Shown: positions 9,732-19,777 of the stretch, one piece after another | How positions within the stretch are numbered: the stretch's first letter is position 1 | How the letters are laid out: the number at the start of each line of letters is the position of its first letter | DNA from: an uncultured Clostridia bacterium | Lineage (GTDB): Bacteria > Bacillota > Clostridia > Christensenellales > Pumilibacteraceae | DNA length: 64,000 bases | Assembly: GCA_947384195.1 (NCBI GenBank) | Contig: CANDGE010000001.1 | Location: 35,398-99,397, forward strand | Direction of reading: 5' to 3' | Program-made: the position numbers and the translations under genes | The notes under the pieces: model-generated | What the model was told of the DNA's origin: nothing | The model's database searches: none | The model's input: the letters and a program-made list of their open reading frames with translations, nothing else

Positions 9732-10620
9732 ACGTTTGCGGAGATGTGCGTTTGTCCGACGAGCTTTCGGTGAGCTCGCAACCGAACAGTGTGGGATCGG
9801 CGTGCGCGCCGTCAAAGCGGACTGCGTCCGTAAACGTGTAGCCCTTAGGCAACGCCGACGGGGAATAGCCCGTCAACAGCTTGAATATCCTGTTGAAGTT
9901 GCGTATAGTACCGAAACCGCATTCCGTAGCGACTTCTGTCACGTTGTTATCTCCGCATTCGAGCATGTCTATCGCGTTTTCCACGCGCACGCCGTTTACG
10001 TAGCGCATAAAATGCATTCCCGTGCGCTCGGTGAAAAAACGCGATAAGTAGCTTTGGTTCATGTTCATGAATGCGGCGGCGTCGGCGAGAGTATAGTCCG
10101 CGTAGTTATCGCGTATCTTCGCAAATAAACCTTTGAGCTTTGCGTCGGCTTTGGAGCGTTGCTTTGTCGGTTCGGTGGTTTCGTTGCGCAGTATTTCGAC
10201 CATAAGCCGAACGACGGCGGATTCCGCGGCTTGGATATAGAACGGCTTTTGTTCGGTCAATTCGGTCATCAGTTCGGCATACGTTTCGGGAATGTCGTAT
10301 GAGTTTGAAAGCACGGGCGAGCGCAGGCTTATACCGTCGGCAAACGCTTTTATCGTGCCGTAGTCGAATATTATGGTTTTAAGCAGGGTGTCGGCAGTCT
10401 GCGCGTTTATCCTGTGCATGAGTTCGCTTTGGATAAACATCGCGCGGTTTGCGCCGAGCGCGTGCGTTTCGCCGTTTACGTAAACGTCGACCGCGCCGCG
10501 TTCGACATAGATCAGCTCGCAGTCGTTGTGCCAATGCAATGTGTTTTGCGAGTTTTTGTATGTTCCCGCCCACACTCGTTCGCCGCAGCCGTATACACGT
10601 TGTTCTTTGGTCGCGCTCAT
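9730..10620 (-). CDS. AraC family transcriptional regulator (cupin + HTH), probable gal regulator
   Basis: LHWHNDCELIY cupin; SYLSRFF..GFGTIRNFNRIFK AraC HTH; divergent from gal operon. Confidence 0.9.
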   Translation of the reverse strand: MSATKEQRVYGCGERVWAGTYKNSQNTLHWHNDCELIYVERGAVDVYVNGETHALGANRAMFIQSELMHRINAQTADTLLKTIIFDYGTIKAFADGISLRSPVLSNSYDIPETYAELMTELTEQKPFYIQAAESAVVRLMVEILRNETTEPTKQRSKADAKLKGLFAKIRDNYADYTLADAAAFMNMNQSYLSRFFTERTGMHFMRYVNGVRVENAIDMLECGDNNVTEVATECGFGTIRNFNRIFKLLTGYSPSALPKGYTFTDAVRFDGAHADPTLFGCELTESSSDKRTSPQT

Positions 10621-10757
10621 GCTCACATTATAATATATTCGGCGGGCGGCAGTCAACGGAATTGTAAAAATTTTTCTTGTTTCGGTAAATATAATTCTTG
10701 CATAATAATATGTAATTTGGTAGAATACACGAAAGGACTTTCAATAAGGCGGTGTTC

Positions 10758-12206
10758 ATGAACGAATTGCATGAGAGCGTCGACAGGCTTGTCGACTACG
10801 CGACCAAAAAGCTGGGGCTCACCCGAAAAAACTACGACTATGCGCGTAACGGCGTGCTCGGCATATTGGGGCTTGCGTTCCCGCCGACGGGCGCTGTTGC
10901 GGACGCGCCGATCGCAGAGCTTGTCGACGGTTTTGTCAATAGCGCTGTCGCGGCGGGGCTGTTCGATATTTCCGACGCCGAAAAATACTGCGACGCGGTG
11001 CTCGGCGAGCTGTCGCTCAATCCGCACGCGCTCGAGGACGTGTTTTTGTATCTCGAAAAAAAGGAAGGCGGCACGGCGGCGACGGAAATGCTTTACGACT
11101 ATTGCGTCGCAAACAACTATGTCAAAAAATCCGCGCTCGATAAAAATCCGCGATTTGAAGAGAACGGACTTATAATCACGATAAACAAAGCTAAGCCCGA
11201 ATTTCGCGACGCCAAAAAAGCGGCGGCGGGCAACGCGGTCGGCGGCGGATATCCCGCATGCAGTATTTGCCATCAAAACGAGGGCTTCGGCGGTCGGGCA
11301 AAGCGCACGCTCCGTACCGTCGATCTCAAACTCGGCGGGCAGGATTGGTTTTGGCAGTACTCGCCGTACGGATATTTTTATCAGCACGGCATCGCGGTAA
11401 ACTACGAGCATATCCCCATGCACGTCGACCGCGAAACGTTCGGGCGGCTCATGGATTTTGCCGACAGATTTCCGCACTACTTTATAGGCTGTAACGCCGC
11501 ATTGCCGCGTATCGGCGGAAGCGTGTTGGCGCACGATCATTATCAGGGCGGCGGCGAACGTTTGCCGTTGCACAAGGCGGGCGCAAAGCACACGCTTAAA
11601 GACAAAACGACGGGCGCGACCGTCGAAGTGTTGGATTGGGCGGGCACGGCCGTGCGCGTCGTAGACAAAAACCGCGACAACATAACGGACGTGTCGGACA
11701 GGATACGCGCGGCGTGGGTGGCGTTCGACGCGCCCGAGCTCGGCATTATACACGAGGACAAGGACGGCGTGCACAACGCGATAAGCCCGACCGTCGTCAA
11801 GACCGAGCGCGGTTACGAAATGACAGTAATACTCCGCAGTAACATCACTTCCGAAGAATATCCCGACGGTGTTTTTCACGCGCATCCCGAGTTCCACGTG
11901 ATAAAAAAGGAATCGATAGGACTTATCGAAGCGCAGGGCTTGTTCATTTTGCCCGGGCGGCTCGAAAAGGAGCTCGACGAGATCGCCGATATAATTTGCG
12001 CGGGCAAGGCTTTGCCTAAGGCGCTGTCCGACTATGCGTTTATTTTCGGCGAGATAACGGAGCTTACGCAAGGCAAGCGCGATAAAGCGTCTGTCGCCGC
12101 AGCGGTAAAAAAAGAGCTCGGCAGCGTGTGCTCGCGCATACTCGAAAACACGGCGGTGTTCAAGGACGACGCTTTGACCGTCGACTTCTTGCGCCATGCG
12201 CTTTAA
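10758..12206 (+). CDS. galT: Galactose-1-phosphate uridylyltransferase (Gram-positive type)
   Basis: ITINKAKPE, CSICHQNEG, QYSPYGYF, GGSVLAHDHYQGG, IKKESIGLIEAQGLFILPGRL. Confidence 0.9.
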   Translation: MNELHESVDRLVDYATKKLGLTRKNYDYARNGVLGILGLAFPPTGAVADAPIAELVDGFVNSAVAAGLFDISDAEKYCDAVLGELSLNPHALEDVFLYLEKKEGGTAATEMLYDYCVANNYVKKSALDKNPRFEENGLIITINKAKPEFRDAKKAAAGNAVGGGYPACSICHQNEGFGGRAKRTLRTVDLKLGGQDWFWQYSPYGYFYQHGIAVNYEHIPMHVDRETFGRLMDFADRFPHYFIGCNAALPRIGGSVLAHDHYQGGGERLPLHKAGAKHTLKDKTTGATVEVLDWAGTAVRVVDKNRDNITDVSDRIRAAWVAFDAPELGIIHEDKDGVHNAISPTVVKTERGYEMTVILRSNITSEEYPDGVFHAHPEFHVIKKESIGLIEAQGLFILPGRLEKELDEIADIICAGKALPKALSDYAFIFGEITELTQGKRDKASVAAAVKKELGSVCSRILENTAVFKDDALTVDFLRHAL

Positions 12207-12216
12207 GGAGAACGAT

Positions 12217-13359
12217 ATGAGAAACGAGATCTCGCAAAAAACGGCGAGCGAATACGAATACAAGGCGACTGCCGCCGGCAGGGTCAATATCATAGGCGAG
12301 CACGTCGATTATTGCGGCGGCAAGGTTTTTCCCGCCGCGCTGTCGCTCAAAAATACGGTGTACGTTCGGAAAAACGGCACGAACACCGTCAACGTAAGGT
12401 GGACAACGCTCGATAAAACGGTCGCTCTCGACATAGACAGGCTGGACGAATATCGTTCGCTCGATTACGGCAATTACATTGCGGGCAGTCTGGCTATGTG
12501 GAAGAAGGCGGGGCATCCTATAATAGGGTGCGACATGTTGCACGATTGCACCGTGCCGTTCGGCAGCGGGCTTAGCTCGTCGGCGGCGATAGAAGTGTCG
12601 ACGATCGCGGCTATGTGCGCGGTGACCGATACTCCTGTCGACAACGTCAAGATCGCGCTCGAAGCGCAACGCGCGGAGCGCGAATATATAGGCGTAAACT
12701 GCGGGATAATGGATCAATACGCATCGGCTTGCGGCAAAGCGGGGCAAGCGATGTTGTTGGATTGTTCGACGCTCGGCGTCGAGTATGTGCCCATCGATAC
12801 GGGCGATCACACGCTCGTCATCATAGATTGCAAAAAGCCGCACAGCCTTGTGGAAAGCAAGTATAACGAACGCCGCGTGGAGACCGAGACCGCGCTCCGA
12901 ATTTTAAAGCCCGTTACGGGCATAAACGAGCTTGCCGAGCTCGACGGCGAAACGCTTGAAAAGCATAAGGCGTTGCTTTCGCCCGTCGTGTATAAGCGCG
13001 CAAAGCACGTCGTAGACGAATGCGTGCGCGTGAATAAGGCGGCGGACGCAATGAAACGCGGCGATATGGTCGCGCTCGGCAAGCTGTTGAACGAGTCGCA
13101 CCGTTCGCTCGCGGAGCTATACGAGGTGACGGGCAGAGAGCTCGACGCGCTTGCGGCGGCGGCGCAATCGCACCCCGCGTGCGCGGGCTCGCGCATGACG
13201 GGCGGCGGGTTCGGCGGGTCGACGGTGTCGCTCGTCAAGACCGACGGCTTGGATGCGTTCAAAGCGCACGTGCTGTCCGAATACAAAAAAGCGACGGGCT
13301 ACGCCGCGGAGATATACGAAGCGTCTATCGCCGACGGAATAACGGTGGAAAAGGCGTAA
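12217..13359 (+). CDS. galK: Galactokinase
   Basis: GRVNIIGEHVDY, PFGSGLSSSAA, CGIMDQ, GSRMTGGGFGG. Confidence 0.95.
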   Translation: MRNEISQKTASEYEYKATAAGRVNIIGEHVDYCGGKVFPAALSLKNTVYVRKNGTNTVNVRWTTLDKTVALDIDRLDEYRSLDYGNYIAGSLAMWKKAGHPIIGCDMLHDCTVPFGSGLSSSAAIEVSTIAAMCAVTDTPVDNVKIALEAQRAEREYIGVNCGIMDQYASACGKAGQAMLLDCSTLGVEYVPIDTGDHTLVIIDCKKPHSLVESKYNERRVETETALRILKPVTGINELAELDGETLEKHKALLSPVVYKRAKHVVDECVRVNKAADAMKRGDMVALGKLLNESHRSLAELYEVTGRELDALAAAAQSHPACAGSRMTGGGFGGSTVSLVKTDGLDAFKAHVLSEYKKATGYAAEIYEASIADGITVEKA

Positions 13360-13438
13360 ACTTGAAAAGCATTAATGATCGCAGATCGACGGCGGTCGAA
13401 AAAAACACTAACTCTTTCTCTTTTTGGAGGTAAACAGT

Positions 13439-14452
13439 ATGACTATTCTTGTGACGGGCGGAGCGGGGTACATCGGTTCGCATACATGCGTGGAGCTTTT
13501 GAACGCGGGGCACGCAGTCGTGGTTATCGACAACTTTTGCAACGCGTCCGAGGAAAGCGTTAAGCGCGTGCAAAAAATAACGGGTAAGACCGTAAAGCTT
13601 TATGCGGGCGACGTGCGCGACCGCGCTTTGCTCGATAAAATATTCAAAGCGAATAAGATCGACAGCGTCATACATTTCGCCGGGCTTAAAGCGGTAGGCG
13701 AGTCGTGCGTAAAGCCTATCGAATATTACGACAACAATCTTGTCGGGACGCTCGTGCTTTTGGACGCTATGCGCGCGCACGGCTGTAAGAGCATAGTTTT
13801 CTCGTCGTCGGCGACGGTATACGGCACGCCCGAAAAGCTCCCGCTCGACGAAAACTGCAAGACGGGCGGCACGACCAATCCGTACGGCACGAGCAAGTAT
13901 TTTCAGGAGATCATGCTTTCCGACGTTTATGCGTCGGACAACGAGTGGAAAGTAGTGCTGTTGCGGTATTTCAATCCGGTCGGTGCGCACGAAAGCGGGC
14001 TTATAGGCGAGGATCCCAAAGGCATACCCAACAATCTCACGCCGTACATCGCCAAGGTGGCTATCGGCGAGCTGAAAGAGATCGGCGTGTTCGGCGACGA
14101 TTACGACACGCCCGACGGCACGGGCGTGCGCGATTATATCCACGTGGTAGACCTTGCCAAAGGACACGTCGCGGCTATCGAAAAGGTGACTGCGGCGGGC
14201 GTGTACACTTATAATCTCGGCACAGGCATAGGTTACAGCGTGCTCGACGTTATCCGTGCGTTTGAAAAGGCGTGCGGGCATAAGCTGGCGTATGCGATAA
14301 AGCCGCGCCGCGCGGGCGATATCGCCGCGTGCTATGCGGATGCGGGCAAAGCGGAAAAAGAACTCGGCTGGCGTGCGGAGCTCGGGATCGACGAGATGTG
14401 CGCGTCGCTGTGGAACTGGCAGACCAAAAATCCCAAGGGTTACGATAAGTAA
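13439..14452 (+). CDS. galE: UDP-glucose 4-epimerase
   Basis: TGGAGYIGSH, HFAGLKAVGES, YGTSK, LRYFNPVGAH, RDYIHVVDLA. Confidence 0.97.
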   Translation: MTILVTGGAGYIGSHTCVELLNAGHAVVVIDNFCNASEESVKRVQKITGKTVKLYAGDVRDRALLDKIFKANKIDSVIHFAGLKAVGESCVKPIEYYDNNLVGTLVLLDAMRAHGCKSIVFSSSATVYGTPEKLPLDENCKTGGTTNPYGTSKYFQEIMLSDVYASDNEWKVVLLRYFNPVGAHESGLIGEDPKGIPNNLTPYIAKVAIGELKEIGVFGDDYDTPDGTGVRDYIHVVDLAKGHVAAIEKVTAAGVYTYNLGTGIGYSVLDVIRAFEKACGHKLAYAIKPRRAGDIAACYADAGKAEKELGWRAELGIDEMCASLWNWQTKNPKGYDK

Positions 14453-14515
14453 TTAAGAATTATCGGCGATATAATAATCAAAGACATTTCTCTCTACCGA
14501 CATAAAGGAAGCGAT

Positions 14516-15499
14516 ATGAACGTATTGAAACACGAGTTCGACGGCAATAAAGCCGTTACGCTAAAAAACGACGCGGGGCTTTGCGTTACGCTGTGTGCGC
14601 TCGGCGCGGGCATCGTCAGCATAAAAGCGCCCGACCGCGACGGCGTTGCGCGCGAGGTCACGCGATTGCCCGAAAGCGGCTATGCGACGGCGCACCACGG
14701 CTTGACAGTCGGGCGTACTGCGGGCAGGATAGAGAACGCGACTTTCACGATAGACGGAAAAACCGCCGTGCTCGAAAAAAACAACCACGGCGTCGATAAT
14801 CTTCACGGCGGCGCGACGGGACTGCATAAAAAAGTTTTCGATATGACGGTCGTCGAAAACAAGGACGATACCGTCGTGACGTTCGCTTGCAAAAGCCCCG
14901 ACGGCGAGGGCGGATACTTCGGCAATGTGGACGTGGTAATAACGTACAAACTGCTTAACGCCGTCAACGAGCTTTCGGTGACGTTTGAAGCGACGCCCGA
15001 CTGCAAGACTCTCATGAACATGACCAATCATGTATATTTCGACATGTCGGGCGATCTGCGCGAGCCCGTGACCGAGCAGACGATGTTTTTGAATGCGTCG
15101 CGCGTCGGCGTATTGAACGAGCGGTTGATAGTGCAAAAAATAGCGGAAGTGCCGACGGAATTCGATTTCCGCAAGCCGCATAAGGTGGGCGACTATATAA
15201 ACGCCGAGTGCGTGCAAAGGTTTACGCACGGCTACGACCACCCGTTCTTTTTGGACGGGCGCGGCTTGGATAAGATAGCGTGCTCGCTGTATTCCGCGCT
15301 CAGCGGTATCAAGCTCGAAGTGTCCACGACATATCCGTGCGCAGTGGTGTACGGCGATAATTTCGGCGGATACAAGTCGATATGCTTCGAGTGTCAGTAT
15401 CATCCGGACGGAATACATGCATGTCCGGACGATTGCGGCATATGTACGCCCGAAAAGCCGTACAAAGAGATCATGTCGTATCGGTTCTCGATCGAATAA
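14516..15499 (+). CDS. galM: Aldose 1-epimerase (galactose mutarotase)
   Basis: GRTAGRI, NLHGG, NMTNHVYF, GYDH, CFECQ. Confidence 0.9.
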   Translation: MNVLKHEFDGNKAVTLKNDAGLCVTLCALGAGIVSIKAPDRDGVAREVTRLPESGYATAHHGLTVGRTAGRIENATFTIDGKTAVLEKNNHGVDNLHGGATGLHKKVFDMTVVENKDDTVVTFACKSPDGEGGYFGNVDVVITYKLLNAVNELSVTFEATPDCKTLMNMTNHVYFDMSGDLREPVTEQTMFLNASRVGVLNERLIVQKIAEVPTEFDFRKPHKVGDYINAECVQRFTHGYDHPFFLDGRGLDKIACSLYSALSGIKLEVSTTYPCAVVYGDNFGGYKSICFECQYHPDGIHACPDDCGICTPEKPYKEIMSYRFSIE

Positions 15500-15502
15500 A
15501 AC

Positions 15503-15537
15503 AAACGGCAAGCGCGTAAGATCGCTTGCCGTTTTTG
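15503..15537. terminator. Bidirectional terminator after gal operon
   Basis: AAACGGCAAGCG...CGCTTGCCGTTTTT. Confidence 0.7.
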
Positions 15538-15556
15538 TATATAAACGAGCGGTATA

Positions 15557-16162
15557 TCACACAGCGGGCAATAGGGCTTTGGCTTTGATCTTTTCGTCAA
15601 GCAACGTCAAGCCTTTTGCGCGCTTTAATATTTCGGCGGCGTTTTCTTCGGCGGACAGCGAGTATGCGCCGCGCACGAAGTCATGACCGAAAACGTCTTC
15701 TGGTCGGCACAAAAGCGCGGTGCCCATCGAGCTCTTTTTAAAGTTAAGGCATAAATACGTTTTGTTTTGCAACGACGTTACAGTCGTGTCGTAGCCCTTC
15801 ATGCCGAGCGACTTGCCGAGCGTATACGACGGGGTGGGCGTATTGCCGACGGCGTTCATCACGTCGATCTCGCGTCGCGGCGCTTTGCCTTCGTCGGTGA
15901 GCGAGTCGAAGTCGTAGCCGTCGCGGCGCAACGCGCAAAGGTACGGAAAAACGTCGAGCGAAACGAACGTCGCTTTTTTATTGATAAATTTGCCGTATGC
16001 TATCTTGTTGGTGTTGACCGCTTTTTCGCGAACGTTCCACAGCTTCATAAAGCTCACGCCGCTCATTTGCGATGCGGAAAAGCCCGTTTCGTCCCAAAAC
16101 GGCATTATGCCGTATTCGTTTACCGCCTGTATAAGGTCGTCTGTCGTGTATATTTTTTCCAT
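15557..16162 (-). CDS. Hypothetical protein, AlkZ-related-like winged helix
   Basis: IAYGKFINKKATFVS..FPYLCALRRDGYDFD pattern (family recalled, not searched); leaderless promoter. Confidence 0.55.
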   Translation of the reverse strand: MEKIYTTDDLIQAVNEYGIMPFWDETGFSASQMSGVSFMKLWNVREKAVNTNKIAYGKFINKKATFVSLDVFPYLCALRRDGYDFDSLTDEGKAPRREIDVMNAVGNTPTPSYTLGKSLGMKGYDTTVTSLQNKTYLCLNFKKSSMGTALLCRPEDVFGHDFVRGAYSLSAEENAAEILKRAKGLTLLDEKIKAKALLPAV

Positions 16163-16302
16163 GATAACAGTATAGCGTATTTTGTCTTGTTTTGTCAAAT
16201 GCGCGCGAATGTCCGCGCAACGTGAAACGCCGTGCGTTATTCCCGTTGACATGCTTTGCCGTTTATGTTAAAATACATGCACGGTCATGCGCCGTTTATA
16301 TT

Positions 16303-17463
16303 ATGGACGAAATTCAACTGCGTTACAACTCTATAAGCGTATTTAACGACGCGGCGGCGGCGGTGCGCCCGCTCGCGGAGCTTTGCGCGTGCACGGAAAC
16401 GGAAAAGCGCGTCGAGCTTGCGGCGCGAGTGTTTCGCACGGTGGCGGAATACGGCTGCGACACGACGGGCGAGCTTATAAAAACGCTTATCCTGACGGAC
16501 GATAACGTATTCAGTCGCGCCGTCGCGCACGGCGATCGAATAAACGACAGGCTTAAAGCGCAGGTGCGCAACGAGCTTGTCACGTTCAAGCAGTTGTCGC
16601 TCGTCAAGCCCGACGATCTTATTACCGACGACGTTAAGGATTTCTTTCCCAAATTCGGGTTCGGCGGAATGTCCGTATCGTACGAAAAGCTGGTCGCGTT
16701 TTATTCGGTCAACGGTTGCGGGCGGTTTGCGGCGGGCAGTGCGTTTTCGTATCGCGACGGCGAGCTTACGCCCGTCGAGTGCGGCGACGTAAGGCTGTCC
16801 GATCTTAAAAACTACGCGGAAGAAAAAGCGGAGATAGTTCGCAATACCGAAAATTTTATTGCGGGCTTGCCCGCGTTCCACACGCTTTTGTACGGCGACA
16901 GGGGTACGGGCAAATCCACGACCGTTCGCGCCGTCGCGCACGAATACCGACACAAATTGAAGGTCATAGAACTCGCGCGCGGCGAGATAGGCAAGCTTCC
17001 CAAGCTCCGCGCCGAGCTCGGCGGGTTCAAACAAAAATTCATACTGTTTATCGACGATCTCGTATTCGACGATAACGACGTAGGCGCGGACGAGTTCAAG
17101 ACCGCGCTCGAAGGCTCGCTGGACGCGCCTGCGGGCAATACCCTGATATACTGCACGTCCAACCGCAGACATTTGTTTAAGGAAACGGACAAGCAAAACG
17201 CGGCGCGGCGCGGCGACGACGTTCAGGCGGAGCTCGCGCTGTTCGACAGGTTCGGGCTTGTTATAACGTATATCAATCCCGATAAAGACGGGTTTGTGGA
17301 TATTTTAAAGCAGATCCTGCGCTCGCGTTCCATCAAGTGGCACGACGAGTACGCCGCTGTCGCCGAGCTTGCCGCGCTCAAAAAAGGCGGACGCAGTCCG
17401 CGCGCCGCCAAGCAGATAGCCGATCTCATAGAAAGCAATTATGCGGAGAGCAGGAGCGAGTGA
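16303..17463 (+). CDS. DUF815 family AAA+ ATPase
   Basis: LLYGDRGTGKS, FILFIDDL, LEG, TSNRRHL, DRFGL, GGRSPR. Confidence 0.88.
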   Translation: MDEIQLRYNSISVFNDAAAAVRPLAELCACTETEKRVELAARVFRTVAEYGCDTTGELIKTLILTDDNVFSRAVAHGDRINDRLKAQVRNELVTFKQLSLVKPDDLITDDVKDFFPKFGFGGMSVSYEKLVAFYSVNGCGRFAAGSAFSYRDGELTPVECGDVRLSDLKNYAEEKAEIVRNTENFIAGLPAFHTLLYGDRGTGKSTTVRAVAHEYRHKLKVIELARGEIGKLPKLRAELGGFKQKFILFIDDLVFDDNDVGADEFKTALEGSLDAPAGNTLIYCTSNRRHLFKETDKQNAARRGDDVQAELALFDRFGLVITYINPDKDGFVDILKQILRSRSIKWHDEYAAVAELAALKKGGRSPRAAKQIADLIESNYAESRSE

Positions 17464-18500
17464 TGGGCGAAGTTTTTCTCGATGCGTTTTTGGATACGCT
17501 TAAAATTTTGCCGTTCCTGCTCATCATGAATTTTTTGATCGAGATACTGGAATACAAGTCCAACGGATTAAAGGCGAACAGGATATTAAAGGGCGGGCTC
17601 GCGCCGCTCATAGGCACTGCCGTCGGAGTAGTGCCGCAGTGCGGGTTTTCGGTAGTCGCTACCGAGCTGTACGGCAAGCGCAAGATCGCGCTCGGCACGA
17701 TACTCGCGGTATATATCGCCACGTCCGACGAAGCGCTCCCGATCATGCTGTCGAGCTATGCGGGAGTGACCAAGGTATTGCCTGTGATACTGATAAAAGT
17801 ATGCTTTGCGCTCGTAGTGGGGTACGCGACTTTCGGCGTGGAAAAAATTATCGAAAGGCATAAAAAAGTTCCCGTCGTGCTCGGTGCGGGCGGCGATACG
17901 GAAGCCGATGACGAACACGAACACGAACACGAACACGAGCATGCGCACGAGCACGTCAACGGACATGACGACGGGGAAACGCCGCACGACCACGGCGAAA
18001 GCGAACACGACGCGCACGCGCACATACACGGTTGTCATCACCACGCGCTCGAAGAGGAAACGCCGCTCGACGAAACCGCTACGCGCAAGCAAAAGGCGGC
18101 GCGCGTTTGGCGGCTGTACATAAAGCACCCGCTGTTGCATACCGCGACCGTTATACTGTTTATATTCATAGTCAACGCGGCGTTCGGCTTGGCGGTGTAT
18201 TACGTCGGCGAGGACAGGCTTGCGGAATTTATCGGCTCGACGGGGTACTTTCAGCCGTTGCTTGCGGGCATAGTCGGGCTTATACCAAATTGCGCGGCGT
18301 CCGTCGTACTGACCGAGCTGTACGTCGTCGGCGGGCTCAATCTCGGCGGCGCGGTCGCAGGGCTGTCCGTCGGCGCGGGCATCGGCTACGCCGTGCTCGT
18401 CAAGCAAAACCGCCCCGTAAAAAATACGGTGTTGATAATCGCATTGATGTTTGTGCTTTCGGTCGCGCTCGGCACGGTCATAACCGCATTTGGATTTTAA
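17463..18500 (+). CDS. Putative manganese/metal transporter (DUF2899-like) with His-rich loop
   Basis: PQCGFS, ATSDEA, IPNCAAS motifs; multiple TM segments; coupled to upstream stop (TGATG). Confidence 0.82.
   Translation: MGEVFLDAFLDTLKILPFLLIMNFLIEILEYKSNGLKANRILKGGLAPLIGTAVGVVPQCGFSVVATELYGKRKIALGTILAVYIATSDEALPIMLSSYAGVTKVLPVILIKVCFALVVGYATFGVEKIIERHKKVPVVLGAGGDTEADDEHEHEHEHEHAHEHVNGHDDGETPHDHGESEHDAHAHIHGCHHHALEEETPLDETATRKQKAARVWRLYIKHPLLHTATVILFIFIVNAAFGLAVYYVGEDRLAEFIGSTGYFQPLLAGIVGLIPNCAASVVLTELYVVGGLNLGGAVAGLSVGAGIGYAVLVKQNRPVKNTVLIIALMFVLSVALGTVITAFGF
17913..17936 (+). repeat. (GAACAC)4 coding tandem repeat encoding EH units
   Basis: Four exact copies inside the His-rich loop. 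Confidence 0.85.
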
Positions 18501-18521
18501 CGGCGGTACGTGCCAATCGCG

Positions 18522-18761
18522 TCATTCTTTCAGATCGCTCAACAGCTCGCCGATCCGTTTGACGTCCGCAATCACGTCGTCTATGCGTTGCGGCGAAAGA
18601 TCGTCGGCTTTGACGCGTTTTTGCCAATTTTCGCAGCTATCGTCGCGTAACGTAATACGATCACGGATCGTACAAAAGTATTTTACGGTACAATAGTTTC
18701 TGTATTCTAATCTATACAGTCGTTTGCAATTATCGCACAGTTTGCAAACGTGTGATCTCAT
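18522..18761 (-). CDS. Small Cys-rich protein (paralog B)
   Basis: CKLCDNC..C..C..DSCEN then amphipathic helix; follows paralog A stop by 4 nt. Confidence 0.65.
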   Translation of the reverse strand: MRSHVCKLCDNCKRLYRLEYRNYCTVKYFCTIRDRITLRDDSCENWQKRVKADDLSPQRIDDVIADVKRIGELLSDLKE

Positions 18762-18765
18762 TCCG

Positions 18766-19032
18766 TTATTCAAGTTCCGAATTCTCCGATTCAAGCGATA
18801 AGCGCAAAGCGCTCAATTCGGTCAATATGTCGTTCAGCGCATGTTCGATCAAAAGAACGTGTCTTTTGTGCGGCGTTTTTTGTTTGTAATTTTCGCAGCC
18901 GTCTTTTGCGTTTGTAAATGCGCGTTTCTTAAAGCACCGCCCGCAGTCGGTTTCGCTGAAACGAGTTACGCCTTTTAAATAATATCTGTCGAAATATTCG
19001 CAACGACTGCATCTGTTATTTTTGTTTTCCAT
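18766..19032 (-). CDS. Small Cys-rich protein (paralog A)
   Basis: CSRC..C..C..DGCEN plus coiled-coil C-terminus; SD AAGGAG. Confidence 0.72.
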   Translation of the reverse strand: MENKNNRCSRCEYFDRYYLKGVTRFSETDCGRCFKKRAFTNAKDGCENYKQKTPHKRHVLLIEHALNDILTELSALRLSLESENSELE

Positions 19033-19165
19033 GAGTTCTTCTCCTTTTAATGTTATTTAGTGAAGAAAATATTGTGTTGCCCGTACGTATATTCTATCAT
19101 AGACTTTTAAGATTTTCATGACTTCTACATTATTGTAGAATATTGATAAAAGGATAATGCAATAA

Positions 19166-19222
19166 AATGTAGCGCGATATTTCTTTGTCATTCCGAACAA
19201 GCGTAGCACAGTGAATTATCTC
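19166..19222. repeat. Dispersed REP-like repeat, copy 1 (partial)
   Basis: TTTGTCATTCCGAACAAGCGTAGCACAGTGAATTATCTC, close to 23497-23535. Confidence 0.75.
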
Positions 19223-19301
19223 TGTAATGTTATTTAAACACAAATATGTGTTAGTCAAGCAAATCACAGATTTTTGTGTTAAATTTTCATCGAGGTGATT
19301 T

Positions 19302-19421
19302 ATGTGCGATTATGGAGATGAGTTTAAATTTCATAGGCAAAAAGCAAATTTAAGTCAATCGGAATTGGCAATATTGATCGGAACTTCTCGGCAAAATATT
19401 AGTCGTTGGGAAGGGATATGA
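19302..19421 (+). pseudogene. Truncated XRE-family HTH (39 aa)
   Basis: MCDYGDEFKFHRQKANLSQSELAILIGTSRQNISRWEGI*; SD GAGGTG; stops just after the recognition helix; absent from ORF track. Confidence 0.6.
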
Positions 19422-19423
19422 TC

Positions 19424-19642
19424 ATGATTAATTACGGCGAAGAACTTAAATATAACAGAGTTAAGCGCAATAAATCGTTATTGCAAGTCGGCACCGATAC
19501 CGGCATTAGCAATGCCAATTTAAGTAGGTGGGAGAACGGAAAGGTATTGCCGAACATCGATTTTTGTGTGCGGCTAGCAGATTATTACGGAATAACGTTG
19601 GACGAATTGATAGGCAGAGAGATCGAGTCGAATGTGAAATAA
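19424..19642 (+). CDS. XRE-family HTH regulator
   Basis: YGEELKYNR..GISNANLSRWENGKVLPNID..LADYYGITLDELIGR; alternative start 19418. Confidence 0.85.
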   Translation: MINYGEELKYNRVKRNKSLLQVGTDTGISNANLSRWENGKVLPNIDFCVRLADYYGITLDELIGREIESNVK

Positions 19643-19742
19643 TGGGGCGATATCATTCGGCGGGCAAAAAACGTGCGGAATAAAAAAAGAAGTACATATT
19701 CCGAATTCGTCTCGACTCGTCTGCGTTAGCTCTCAATAACTC

Positions 19743-19771
19743 TTGACAAAAACCGCAAACGGTATTATAAT
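19743..19771 (+). promoter_or_regulatory. Consensus promoter of dnaX (leaderless)
   Basis: TTGACA-17-TATAAT, ATG 6 nt downstream. Confidence 0.8.
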
Positions 19772-19777
19772 AACCGT

